64,000 nucleotides of DNA from Leucoraja erinacea (lineage: Eukaryota), in the NCBI RefSeq assembly GCF_028641065.1, contig NC_073377.1, positions 97,278,001 through 97,342,000 on the forward strand, written 5' to 3'. Position numbers and translations under genes: made by a program. Positions within the stretch are counted from its first letter, which is position 1. Every line of letters starts with the position of its first letter. Of the stretch, positions 1 to 12,400 are shown in pieces. The notes under the pieces were generated by a model. The model was not told where the DNA came from, searched no databases, and was given only the letters and a program-made list of their open reading frames with translations.

Positions 1-237
1 GTCTTCCCTTTTTTTTGAAGAGCATTAACATTTAAAGTATTAGAATATATTCAATGACTGAAATACTTTGTTTCTAGTAGTGTATTTCTTAAGTATGATG
101 GTGGCTTCTTTAAGGTATAACATGTAAGTATTTTTATTGAAAGTATCATTTCAAGGCTTACACTTTCAAGTATATTCAAAAGATAGAATGAAAAGAACTG
201 TGATCCTTACGCCCAGTGAGTCAATAAAGTTGATCTA

Positions 238-418
238 TTAGCGGGTGCAGCAGCATCTATGGAGCAAAGGAAATAGGCAACGTTTCGGGCCGAAACCCTT
301 CTTCAGACCCGAAACGTTGCCTATTTCCTTCGCTCAATAGATGCTGCTGCCCCGCTGAGTTTCTCCAGCTTTTTTGTGTAACCTTCGATTCTCCAGCATC
401 TGCAGTTCCTTCTTAAAC
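238..418. mobile_element. Penelope pseudo-LTR insertion with inverted arms and a hammerhead motif
   Basis: About 50-bp inverted arms (239-289 / 308-358). Hammerhead core on the minus strand at 279-306. 11-bp direct repeat aagttgatcta at 227-237 and 419-429. Confidence 0.8.
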
Positions 419-1203
419 AAGTTGATCTACTTTCTGGTTTCAGAATGTTTATAAATCTCCCAATCACCAATAAACAGAGGGAATCATAAGGAATAAATTG
501 TGATTATAAAAAAATGTTCCTTTTTGATATAATTAAATTTGACAATGGACAGATACTTGTTGATATTTATTCTCTCAATTCTCCAGCTCCATGAAACTGT
601 TTGGCTCATATCTAATCTATGGGAATAAAAATACCCTTGAGATTATATTCTCGATACAGAAACAATCTTAAATTCATATTGAGGTTTTACTACAATGGAA
701 GAAAACATAAGCTATACATAAAAAATATCTTTGATTTACTTTGAATGCCAGTAACACAAAAACTCACAACTCACATTAATTGGGCAAATATTATAATGCA
801 TAATTTAAGATGAGCCCTTATCTAATTTTTATTAAGGCAGAAAAAAATGATTTTTTTTGTTTCAAATATATTAAATTCCTGCTTAATACACATTAAAGAG
901 ACTGGAACGATGACATAAACTGGCAGTAAACAAAAAATAATGTCATCAGGATTGATCACACAGGGGTTTAGTAGTAAACAATTGGTACGTGTGCAGCAAC
1001 TCAGGAAGACTGTTTCTTTCCAAATGTCATGAATTTTAAAAAGTTCATATAAAATCACAAATACAAACATCCCACTGCTCATATTAATCAATTGTTAATC
1101 TACCAAAGTCTTTGCATTTAAGACATGGATGGATAAAAGTGTCCTGTTTGATATACGGGGCAAGTTCAATGCATGCTGAAAGAGCACATTGAAGCAATCA
1201 GAA

Positions 1204-2584
1204 TCTATATTGCTAAAAGTCTGATCTTGACCACTTCCTGTTTTTCTGTTTCATGATTTTAGAAAAAACGCTGCCACACGGCTGTGATTTTTTGGCCATC
1301 TTACTCAAAGTCCCCCTCCACTGTGCAGGTCAAGAGGATGTTTCCCATCGATGAAAAACATTAAGAGTTATTAATGTTTAAAAAAAGTTGAGATTCTCTC
1401 TGCTGCCCCTGCTGGTGGGAGCGGGATGGACTATAAAACCCGGAAGTGTTGTGCCTCAGTCAGTCTCTGCAAGATGTGGGAAGTGAGAGGGTCCCGTCTC
1501 TCAGTCTGAGCTGTGAATAACACTGAACACATGTCTACTAAACTGTGAATGTGATTTTACTGACCTTGAGTGCCCTTAATGTGGTTTGAAAATAAAAATG
1601 TGGTTGGGTTGAAGTAAAAGCACTTCAAATGGTTGGTGGGGGTTTGGGTTGAAGTTGAAGCACTTCAAATGGTTGGTGGGGGTTTGGGTTGAAGTAAAAG
1701 CATTGCAAATGGTTATTGGGGGGTTGAAGTAAAAGCACTGTCTAAACTTGACAATATCCTGTTTGCGCTGTATATTGATTTTAGATAAAACGTTACCACT
1801 TATGGCTGTGATATTTGGCCATTTTTCTCAGTCCCCCTCTGCTCATCAGGTGCAGAGGATTCTTCCCATCAATGATAAATAAAAGTGTTATTAGTGTCTA
1901 AAAAAATGTTGAGAATCTCTCTCCTGTCAATCACGCCATGAAGGCCACACCTTTTCCGGTGGGAGGGGAGAGGGATTATAAAACCCGGAAGTGTGGGTGT
2001 GGCTCAGTCTCTGCATGCTGGGGGAGGGAGAGGTCACGACTCTGTCTGAGCTGTGAATTAACTGAACGCACTGAATGTCTACTGAACTGTGAGTGTGGTG
2101 TTTTGTGTGGTTTTATGGTGTTTTTATGGTGGTTCACCCTGCTTGAAATGGTATGAAACTGCATTTGAATGTGGTGGCCTTGCACCCTGCTGGAAATGGT
2201 ATGAACTGCACTTGAATGTGGTGGCCTTGCACCCTGCTTGGAGTGGCATGAAACTGCACTTGAATTCGGTGGCCTTGCACCCTGCTTGAAATGGAATCTC
2301 AAGGAATAGCCGTGAGTCAACTGCCAGCACACCAGCCGTGAGTGAGCTGCCAGCACCAGGCTTGAGGGACTGAGCTACCACCCCAAGAATCCATTTGGTC
2401 CACAATGTCCATACTAGCTCTCTGGAGACCAGTCCCTTCAGCCCACAACACCCATACCAGCGCTCCAGAAAGCCCCCCCCCCCACTGACCGCCAATATTG
2501 GAATTGGTGGAGAGGTGGAATATTGCGTTGGGGGACCAGCCCTCCTGTGTGATGCTGGGACCCAACGGGTCCCACTTAGTCTAG
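1204..2584 (+). mobile_element. Non-autonomous Helitron (copy 1)
   Basis: Starts A|TCTATATTGCTAAAAG. Ends with hairpin TGGGACCC-AAC-GGGTCCCA (2556-2574), then CTAG|T. No TSD. Duplicated 5' module; 40-bp and 48-bp tandem arrays. Confidence 0.85.
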
Positions 2585-3177
2585 TATGCTTTATAAGGAC
2601 CTGAATGCTGTGCACATAATTGGAAAGCAAGTGCGCTTACACTACAGTTACATTGTTCCAGTAAGGAATCCTCTTGAAATAGACTTTTCATTTGGACATT
2701 TCTTTGTATGAGAAGTGAATCAGTGAGAAAAAATAGTTAATTTAGGTTGGTGTTTCATTAGACATCATCCAAATTTTTTTTTTTTTTTTCTGTTTTTAGA
2801 TAACCAAAAGACAAAATACATGCAGTGTGCCCACAGGCTCTATTCTCGTTCATGCTGCTGACTTAATTTCACTGCAAAGATCATACCCTATTTATACCTC
2901 TTAATCAGTTTCAGTATTTCACTCACGGTGGAATCAAGACTGATAGGCTTGTGGTCGTCAGTGTTTGCTTTACCACCCTTTTTGTATGAAGCCAGACTCG
3001 CAAAATAGTGCTTACTAATGTGTCAGCTAGATGTTAGCAAAATCAGAGTCGTATGCAAATAAAGTGCTGAAGCAACATAGTTACAAGATTGGTTATTAAA
3101 AAAACAGGAGATTTGTGGTGAATGGCTGATTGCATAATGGATTGATGTGTATTGGGGTTACCATCAAAGGTTATTAA

Positions 3178-3579
3178 TAGGGTGATTTCACGAAAGGTCA
3201 CTGGATCATAGATCCTCACCCACGTGACCGCAAAATTGAACTGGGGTACAAACGCCACTTCCAGTACATGTTATTGATGCTAGAAACGCAAACTTTCACA
3301 CCCGTTAAAAACCGCGAAAACGGCCCATTTTTGAGCTGTAAATAACTGTGCCAGTTGGGGTGACCGCGAGGCACAGCTATCTTACTTTAGAGTCCAGAAG
3401 ATAAAGAAAAACGAAGGTAAAGACAAGAGAGAGCTGTAGGGAAAATAACAGCGGAAGTTGTTGGCCGTGCAGATATAAAGATCGAAAATATCGGGAATTA
3501 TCGCGTTTGCTCACTGCATTTCATCAAAACTAAGGCATTATTGATGTTTTGATGAAATGCAGTGAGCAAACGCGATAAT
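3178..3579 (+). mobile_element. THAP-domain DNA transposon relic (ISL2EU/Harbinger-like) ending in a fold-back
   Basis: Decayed frame xAHF*AVNNCASWGDREAQLSYFRV...RADIKIENIGNYRVCSLHF matches the THAP C2CH pattern. Perfect 34-bp inverted repeat at 3497-3530 / 3546-3579. Confidence 0.65.
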
Positions 3580-3889
3580 CACCAAGCCGCCACTGTGCAG
3601 GCTGCCTCACACACTCTGATATTCTCCATCTCAGCTCAGAAGATCTCCATCCAGATGGTTCAACCATTCAAATGCCAGTCTTCTGCTAATTTGGTCGATA
3701 CATCTCCAGGGCATGATCAGTATATCCAAAACGCTGTTGGATGAAAGACTAAATTGTATTTGCATCAGTGTTCAGCAGAAGACTGTCCAATGCTGTGCCT
3801 TTATTTAAAGGGCACAGCAAAGAAAAACGTGGCAAATATAGACCAGTAAGCCTGAATTCAGTAAGACAGAATCTAGAACTACAGAATCT

Positions 3890-4510
3890 ACACTTGGCCC
3901 TTTACCTCCCCCCTTGACTCCATCCAAGGACCAATCAGTCTTTCCAGGTGAGGCAGAGATTCATCTGCACCTCCTCCAACCTCATCTACTGCATCCGCTG
4001 ATCCAGCTGTCAATTTTTCTACATCGGTGAGACCAAGCACAGGCTCAGCGATCACTTCGCTGAACACCTCTGCTCAGTCCATCATAACCAACATGATCGC
4101 CCGGTTGCTCAGCACTTCAACTACCCCTCCCATTCTCACTCAGACCTTTCTGTCCTGGGCCTCGTCTATTGCCAGAGTGGGGCCCAGCGCAAATTGGAGG
4201 AACAGCATCTCATATTTTGCTTGGGTAGTTTACACCTCAGTGGTATGAACATTGATTTCACTAATTTTAGATAGCCCTTGCTTTTTCCCTCCTTCCCCTC
4301 CCCCTTCCCAATTCTCTCACGTCCTACTGTCTGCGCCTACTTCCTTTCTTTTTCCCCCAACCCCCAGCCCCGGCATCAGTCTGAAGAAGGGTCTCGACCC
4401 GAAATGTTGCCAACTTCTTCTCTCCATAGATGCTGCCTCACTTGCTGAGTTTCTCCAGCATTTTTGTCTACCTTCGATTTTTCCAGCATCTGTAATTCTT
4501 ACTTAAACAA
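3890..4510 (+). mobile_element. Penelope-like element 3' remnant (GIY-YIG endonuclease + pseudo-LTR)
   Basis: Translates to NLIYCIR...YIGETKHRLSDHFAEH...RKLEEQHLIFCLG...GMNIDFTNFR. Followed by a pyrimidine tract and a pLTR with CTGAAGAAGGGTCTCGACCCGAAA at 4381. Confidence 0.85.
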
Positions 4511-4554
4511 ATAATTAGGCGTAGATCTCTTGTGGGAGATTATGAATTTCATTG

Positions 4555-4706
4555 AATGTGTAGGAAAGAACTGCAGATGCTGGTTTAAATCGAAGGTAGA
4601 GTCCTCTTCTTCAGTCTGAAGAAGAGTCTCAACCTGAAACGTCACCCATTCCTTATCTCCAGAGATGCTGTGCCCCGCTGAGTTACTCCAGCATTTTGTG
4701 TCTACC
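4555..4706. mobile_element. Penelope pseudo-LTR fragment (rearranged)
   Basis: gaactgcagatgctgg followed by ctgaagaagagtctcaacctgaaacgtcacc...ccagcattttgtgtctacc, homologous to the other pLTR copies. Confidence 0.75.
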
Positions 4707-4719
4707 ATGAATTTAATTG

Positions 4720-5185
4720 TGTTTGTTTGAAGTAACAAAGAAGTAAGTTAGGGCAGGGCAGTAGACGTCGTCTCTATGGACATCAGCAAGGAATTTAATA
4801 AAATTCCAGATGGCAGGATACTCTGGAAGATTAGATTGTATAAATGCAAGTGAGAGTTAGCTAATTGGACACAGTTGATCACAAAATCGGATGGGGCACT
4901 CTGCAGGTCAGGCAGGCAGCATCTGTGGAGGGAATGGACAGATGACCTTTCAGATCTGGACCCTTCTACAAAGTAGATATGTAATTCTATACCTAATTAA
5001 CTTGATGGTTGAAAGCAGAGGGTAATGGTGGAATATTGTTTATTGGGCTGGAGGCCAATGACTAGTGGTGGGCTGCAGCGGTCAGTGCTGGGCCATTGGT
5101 GGTTTGTCATAGATGTGCATCTTGGTCGGCATGGATGAGTTGGGCTTAAGGGGCTTATTCCATGCTGAACAAGTCAATGACTCCA
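4720..5185 (+). mobile_element. Degraded CR1 LINE fragment (with small pLTR insert)
   Basis: gcagagggtaatggtgga...gtgctgggcca (QRV/SVLGP motifs) and CR1-type 3' end gggcttaaggggcttattccatgctg. Confidence 0.6.
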
Positions 5186-5959
5186 CAGAATATCAAGATA
5201 CATCTGAATGTACTGTGTAAATTGAAAACTTGTACTCCAGTAATAATCACGTCATCAGGCCAGCTCCAATTGTTCTGGAGTTATTATTGGTCCAGAATAC
5301 CAATAACTGATATTTGCCCAGCAATGCGGAAACCAGCCAGGCACATCCAGTCCATAAAATTCCATACAAATTCAGTCTAGCTAATTGCCACAAAACCTAC
5401 CCACATTCAGTCATCTGCGGAATGGTGGAAAATGTCACCAATAATGCCGTCAACTATTTGCTTTGTATTCTTGTCTACGTTTGACAGCAGTATCATTTGG
5501 TTTCAGAAGTGTGTTGAGTTCAACCATTGCTAGAACTTATTCCTTCGAAAGCTCCATGGGAATTAACATGGGTAATTCTGTGTCCTTTTCCCACATGCTC
5601 AGACAGAATTCAGAAATAAACAGGTAATACTTGGAGAGATAAAATGAGCTGGAACTACAGGGCAAAGGCCTACAGTAAAAATATTCTCCATTCCAGGATT
5701 ACTATTGATGAGGCCAGAATTGTATGCAAGAATGATGGTTAGAATAATGATGTTCAGTTATTTATGCATAACTGGTACAGCAAGTAAAACAAAGAAATAC
5801 ACAAACAATTAAATGCAATGATGAATAAATTACAATGCAAGTTATTTTCTTCCATAGTTAGCTTTGCAAAGACACCACTTTGAAATTAATAAGCATTAAA
5901 CGTCATAGTTTCTGTATAATAGATGCATACTATTTGCGTAGATATCCAGTGCTGGTGGA

Positions 5960-6178
5960 TACATTCTGACCTCCCATCCACCTCACTGGAGACTGTAGAA
6001 CTATCTTCAATTGGACTTTATCAGACATTATCTTGCACTACATGTTGTCCCCTTTATCTGTGCACTATGGACTGCTTGATTGTAATCATGCAAAGTCTTT
6101 TCTTTGACTGAATAGAATGTAAACAAAAGCTTTACACAGTGCCTCAATGCAGGTGATAAAAATAAGCTAAACTAAAAG
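5960..6178 (+). mobile_element. LINE (Rex1-like) 3' UTR fragment
   Basis: 3' UTR-like sequence ending ...aaaagctttacacagtgcctc...gtgataaaaataagctaaactaaa. Confidence 0.45.
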
Positions 6179-6507
6179 TACAATTTAACATATTGATAAT
6201 TGCTAATTATTCACAATGAAACATTCTGGCATAGAAAATTAGCTATTGCATATGTTGGATCTCATTCCTTCAAAGTAATTTAAATAGATTTTAATATATT
6301 TCGAATTCAACTTTAAAATAGTTTTACTTTTTCATTGTTTTCCTCCCTCCTTTATTCCATCTACCTTGACATCTTCTGCGTCCCTTTTTTTGGATTTCAT
6401 TTAACACTGGGTACATACAACATTCTTTTTTTTTAATATTGCAAATTTCATCCATTACTGAGACATCATATTGGTACGCATGTTCACCTACATTGCCCCA
6501 TTCACTT

Positions 6508-6645
6508 GTGTTTAAGAGGGAACTGCAGATGCTGGAGAATCGAAGGTTACACAAAAAAGCTGGAGAAACTCAGCGGGTGCAGCAGCATCTATGGAGCGAA
6601 GGAAATAGGCAACGTTTCGGGCCGAAACCCTTCTTCAGACTGATC
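6508..6645 (-). mobile_element. Penelope pseudo-LTR with hammerhead motif
   Basis: Near-identical to 238-418. Minus-strand CTGAAGAAGGGTTTCGGCCCGAAACGTT at 6611-6638. Confidence 0.8.
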
Positions 6646-6785
6646 GGGGGCGGGGGTGGGTGGGGACAAGAAAGGGAATAGGAGGAGTCAGCGACTACGT
6701 TGACAAATGGTTTGTTGAATGGAATGGCTCCGTTTGGAATAGATGCCGTTTCAAATCATGTTATAGAAAGTCTGAAACATGATCT

Positions 6786-6945
6786 CTGAACTGAACTGAA
6801 CTGAACTTTATTTATAGCGCACTTTAAAAACAACCACTGTTGCAACAAAGTGCTGTACATGACTAATCATAAACATTAAACAAAACAATAAAAACATTAA
6901 AAGACAGTAAAAACAATAAAAAAAACAATAGAAACACTAAAACAG
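6786..6945 (-). mobile_element. L2-type LINE/SINE 3' tail
   Basis: Reverse complement tgtacagcactttgttgcaacagtggttgtttttaaagtgcgctataaataaa(gttca)n, a typical L2 3' end. Confidence 0.65.
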
Positions 6946-7072
6946 TGTTTTATAACCAAACAAAGTTTATAACCAAAACGGTGTTTATAACCAAACATAT
7001 TCTCCTTTCACCCCTCCCCCTACATTTGTAATTCTTAATGTCAGTATGTAAAAAATATGATGTTGCGCTTAC

Positions 7073-7612
7073 CATCTATATCCATTGCTTCTCTCAGGAT
7101 GTGCAATTTCTTCTGTCGTTCTTTTATCCTTTCATAAACACCCGAGAGAGCAGATGAGATGGAAAGTTCAGAAGTATGATGAGATCTTTGAAGACCGAGT
7201 GAGGCTGCTACTTGCCCCAAGTCTGGGTGCTTTCTCTCTCCGATTTGGGGGGTGTTTTTAATCTGCCTGCCTATCCCATGCGGACAAAAATTACGATGAT
7301 GAGAACTATCTCCAGGTGCTATTATTTTTCTGTTGTAACAGTCCAGGTCGACTGTGGAGGTCCAGGGCTTCTTACTGCCATGATCACAAATGTAATTGGA
7401 CTTCCTTCGCAAACCGTGAGATCGAGATTGTAACTTTTGGCGTACTTCCCTTGTATCTTCATGTCCAGAAGCCGTATGATAAGACTCCAAATCTGATGCC
7501 CTATCAGTAATTGCTAAAAAGCCCATAGATTTGCTAAGTCCTTTATTTAGTGAGGCCTGCTCACTGAATTGTGCTTTGTATTTTGCTGCTACACTGGGAG
7601 CTGGACTTCTTC
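7073..7612 (-). CDS. PTPN13: PTPN13 coding exon (linker; exon 7 equivalent), 540 nt
   Basis: ttaatattacag|GAAGAAG...ATAGATG|gtaagc, open throughout. Contains LNKGLSKSMGFL, KKPWTSTVDL and ERIKERQKKLHILREAM, which are PTPN13-like blocks. Phase 1-1 matches the preceding exon. Confidence 0.92.
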
Positions 7613-9123
7613 CTGTAATATTAACAGACAAAGAAATTACATCAATATAATCCATGCACAACTGAACATATAACATGTTTCCCTGGCAAAGATAAACACC
7701 TGTGAATGTTAGCTATCTGATATGCAAATAGAAAATGTTTAAAGTATGTAGCATTTATAATAAATCGTTCTAAATGTTAATTTATTTTCCTTTCAGATGA
7801 TAGTTTTTCACTAAAGTATGCCTACCATTGTCCAGCATAATTTTCTTTACTAGATTCGCAGTAGGAGTAAAAGCAAAGCGAGCAGGACATACTGCTGTTG
7901 TAGAACAGTGAGTTCCATGTGCATACACAGCAAATTGATATAAAGAACATGGAGGTAATATTTTGCAGTCATGGGGAGCAAGTGGAATGTGCAATGTTAG
8001 TGTTTGTATTCATGGTGCTGCTGGGCATACTGTACACTTGATGTGATGTTGTCCATGCTACCATTGCAACTGCATAAGCTTCAGAACATTGATATTTCAC
8101 TGAAATCTCCAGCATTCAAACAGATTAAGGATGTAAACGCTGTTCATCTCAATTAAAAAAATATATATACATTTAGGGCTTTTTATTTGAGTCTTTTCTG
8201 GCAAACGTCCTTTCAGAGACTGAAAATTAACCTCATCAAAACATGGAGTTCCCTTCATTACAATTTTAATTTGAAGAGATTTTTATATAAAGGTACAATA
8301 TTATTCTGTCCGCCCCATATTGCAACTTTTCTTTGTCTAATTTAGTCTTCTCTCACATTGTTTAACTTACTGTATAATTTTACATTGAATGAAGTACTCT
8401 AATTGAGACTTCCCAACAGGCACAACTAGTATGTTTTATTATGATTGGTTGGAAACATATGCTTCCCCTATTTGTGTAGATCCCAGATGCCTTATGACGA
8501 GTGTATGAATAAAAATGTCCCCTAATATTTCTGGGGCAGCTCCAACTATAAATTCTGCTGATCACAATATCTGACCCAATGCAAGGGACATGAAAGACAA
8601 ACATTTCTTTCAAAAATCTGTTCTCATTCTATTGAATTTAACAATCACAATAAAACTGACAATTTACCTGCATAAAGAATAAACGGTTCTGTACATAAAT
8701 ATGGTTCTGCACAAAAAATATCTAGTAATCTACGGAACACTTTATGGTAGCGGCTTTGGGGCAATTTCCCTGGCAATGCTCCAGAGATGGAAAAGACAGA
8801 ATTTGATGCGTGTCTGATACACAAACTCAATTCATGCCAACAGTGACCAGTTCAATCTATGGGAATGATATGAATCAAGTTACAAATAGATATTATCATA
8901 ATTCATTCCATGGTAGATACTGTGCATGTGATCCCACACCTAGACAATGTCCTTCCGAGCATCTTTTGTCATATATTTTGTCTATCCCCACACCTAAACT
9001 AATGGAGATTAAAGAAGCTTAAGGTCAGCGTCTACGGACTGTGAATACAATCACCAATATTGCACATAGCATTCAGCCCCATTGGCTGCACAATATTATC
9101 TCCATGTTCTTATCCATCAATTA

Positions 9124-9430
9124 GGGGTGGCACAGTGGCACAACGGTAGAGTTGCTGCCTTACAGTGCCTGGGACCCGGGTTTGATCCTGACTACGGGTG
9201 CTGTCTGTATGGAGTTTGTACATTCTCCCTGTGACCTGCGTGGGTTTTCTCTGAGATCTTCGGTTTCCTCCCACATTCCAAAGACGTACAGGTTTGAAGG
9301 TTAATTGGCTTGGTAAATGTAAATTGTCCCTAGTGTGTGTAGGATAGTGTTATTGTGCGGGGATCGCTGGTCGATGAGGACTTGGTGGGCCGAAGGGCCT
9401 GCTTCTGCTCTGTCTCTCTAAACAAAACTA
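9124..9430 (+). mobile_element. tRNA-derived V-SINE (HE1-like)
   Basis: A-box/B-box head (gtggcacaacggtagag; gggtttgatcctg), V-core gtgggttttctct...ggtttcctcccacattccaaagac, CR1-like tail tctctctaaacaaaactaa. Confidence 0.85.
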
Positions 9431-12400
9431 AATTTGCTGGGCATAGGTTTGCAGAGCAAACTTTGTAAGTATAGAATTTTTCAGAAGAGCTCTTAAAAAC
9501 TAAATCTCCATACCCAATTATTTTCTAAATGAGTAACTCACTTATAACATTGACTATGACTAATCTTTATCAGGGTTGCCATATGGTTTGTGATCCATAT
9601 TGTACAACTGCTGATTAATTGGAGGTTGAAAGAAAGCTTGGGCCACGAGGCAACACAAACTGTTTTGGCTGTCAAAGCATCATCAAAAACGCTGAATGTT
9701 TCTGACATTCAAAACAACTAAATGACTTGAAATATCATGAAGACATTAAAATGTTTATAAAGCCAAATTTTTGAATAATTAAGTAATTAAAAAAAATAAA
9801 AACCTAGATGACCAAATATTTACCCTGATCCCTCAGCTATTTAACCTCTATTGAAAGCAATGGAAATGCAGTCTCTACACTGGGTTCTGATGAGGATCCA
9901 TAAACTTAAATATTATATCCTTTTCTCTTTCCACAGATGCTGCCTGGGTTGCGAAGTGCTTTTAACAATGTTACTTTTATTTAATTTTCCTATGATTGTT
10001 ACCCCCTCCCCATTGCAGCTCCCATGACAGCTGCAAACAGCTGACTGCACATTTATGGTATCCAAATTTACACACAAATCCAAAAGTTGATTACAGTTAT
10101 TCAGTGAATTATTGACAATTACACAGGCAGATACTGACATTTGCTGCTGACGTCTCAACCTACAATTCTCAACCACCTTCATTATAGTGGAATAGCTGAT
10201 AGGTTTGGCCAGCAGTAACCTTACCCGACAGCTTATTAGCACGGGCAGCCACTCAAATCTGATGGGAAATCTTAATTGTGGCCCTGCCTGCTCCTTATGC
10301 ATGACATCATTTCATACAGTTTTTAACTTTGTTTTCCAATAAACTCTGCCAAGAGATATCTTTTTCTACAGCTGTGTTTAAGATAAATATCTAAAAACAG
10401 GTTCAACAGCAAAAAAAAAAACACATTAAAAATGAATGTATTGTTTTCAGTGTATCTGCAAAACAGCAATTTACAAGTGGCACAACAAACTACCATTTCT
10501 TGAAAATATATCATAAAATTACAATTAACTACATTTGACCAATTAAAGTCTTGTCAATAATATTGGGTTCATTGAAATGCATTCGTCATTCGCACACGAA
10601 GATTGTCATATTGCTCCATATTTCTGCTTAGATTGACACAGTTCAAATCCAGCCTCGTGTTTGTGTTTGAACTCGGGTTACAATCCATAAACGGGATCTG
10701 CACCATTTTGGGAGGCAGCTCATTTTCACTCAAGTTCCTTGTGTACAAGTATGAGCTGCGTCACGGCCTCACACCACCAGAGAATATTTGGCATTTCATC
10801 ACCATGTGAAAGTTGTTAATTAGATTAAAAGCAACACAGCAAGCAGGTACAGGCGAGTTTAAAAGGAGCCTGGGAGACTGAACCTCAGCAAATTTATGGA
10901 TACATTTGGTTTAAACAAAGGGCTGAGAAAGGCCAAGTAGTTCCCCAGGGCAAGTTAAACAGAAAATAATCATACAGCAATTGTACTTTAAGTGCAGTAT
11001 ACTTGTTGTGTTAGTTGAGTTAATTTAACAAATAAAGGTTTGGCAGGATAGCTTCAATTCATGGAATGCACTTCCGGCAACTCGTGGAAACTGTAGGCTG
11101 TTCCCATGTCCCGGTCAACCGCAGTGTGAGAGGTTTTATCAGCTGGAGAAGCTTGAGCTCCGTGTATCTGGACCTTGGGCAACAGCTGATATTTCACTGG
11201 CTTATTCCATAGCACGTATCCGGAGTTGGTCACCTCACAACTCAGAACAGTGCAGGCAGGGCCAGCCTTAGGAGGTGTGGGGCCCAATTGGGAAAAATTT
11301 TCATAGAAATATAAAGAAATAATTATAAATGAGTCACGTGTCATGAGTAATATGACAGTCAGTCGGCTTTAAAAAAAATCTTAAATCGCGCATGCGCAGA
11401 TTATTCTCTCCGTAAAAATAAAAATAAAAATAAATAAAGTAACAATTCAATTTTCCCACGGCTTCCAAATCTCCTTCTTTCTAAATGGGTGGGGGATGGA
11501 GGGTGACGGCAGGTGGAAAGATGGTGGGAAAAACGGGAGCACACCGGGACAAGTTGAATCAGTTGTCATCTTAATGAATGACAATACTAGTTCAACTTAT
11601 CAAGGGACCAGTCCGGGGGAGAGTTCCTTTCACAACGTGTGGGGTGTTGCGGGGTAAAATTGCGGGGAAGGCAGGAGCATTGAGAAGGAGGTGGTCTGGT
11701 TCATGCCAGTAACTCACTCACTCACCGCTGCCGCGGGGCTCCGGGCGCGGAGCTACCGCGTCGTGGCTGGGGAGGGAAGCAGCTCGCGTGGCTACGAGCG
11801 GCCTCCATCACTGGACAGCGGAACCGACTGCCATCTCAGCGCCTTCTGCCAGTCCGCTCACCTCTGGCAGTGCTCTCCGTCTGAACAGTGAGGGGACTAG
11901 CTCAAGAGCAAAGATCATAGAGTGGAGTGGGTCAGCGGGTGATGGATAACCTCACAACGGGTGGTGGTGCTTACTCCTGTGTCACCGCGAACTTGATGTT
12001 ACTCGCACTGACATATGGAGTAAGCTCCACCGCCCGCTGTCCTGTTATCCATCGCCTGCTGACCCGCTCTTGAGCTGGATGATTCCCGGACAACCCCCTC
12101 CTTCTCAACGTTCCTGCCCTCCCCTCAACTTTACCCCTGGACAGACTACCCACATGCTCTGAAAGGAACTCCCCCCCCCAGCAGCGCTGTCCTTTTACAG
12201 CCGCTTCCCACTTTAGAGCCGCAAGATAATATCTTGTCCAAACTCAGTTGTATCTTTCTATCTCAAGAAATATCACAAAATATGCCATTGTTTCAGCCAC
12301 ATTATGACAATATATAGAATGTAGGCTATTTGTTATCAGTCACCCCATCCCAGAAACAACAGAACTTAAAGAAGAACATTTGTTTTACTAATTTACGAGC

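Noticed and set aside
1938-2630. Multiple overlapping ORFs of 66-168 aa
   Set aside because: By-products of the 48-bp tandem array in the Helitron; no recognisable domain.
5390-5669. Possible next PTPN13 exon after tttactgtag| on the minus strand
   Set aside because: The phase-1 frame stops after about 23 codons and does not resemble the expected next PTPN13 exon.
9124-9200. tRNA gene
   Set aside because: It is the tRNA-derived head of a V-SINE; no full cloverleaf and it continues into the SINE core.
10600-11250. Moderately GC-rich unique sequence with short ORFs
   Set aside because: No homology I can recognise and no convincing splice-site pair; it cannot be called without an alignment.
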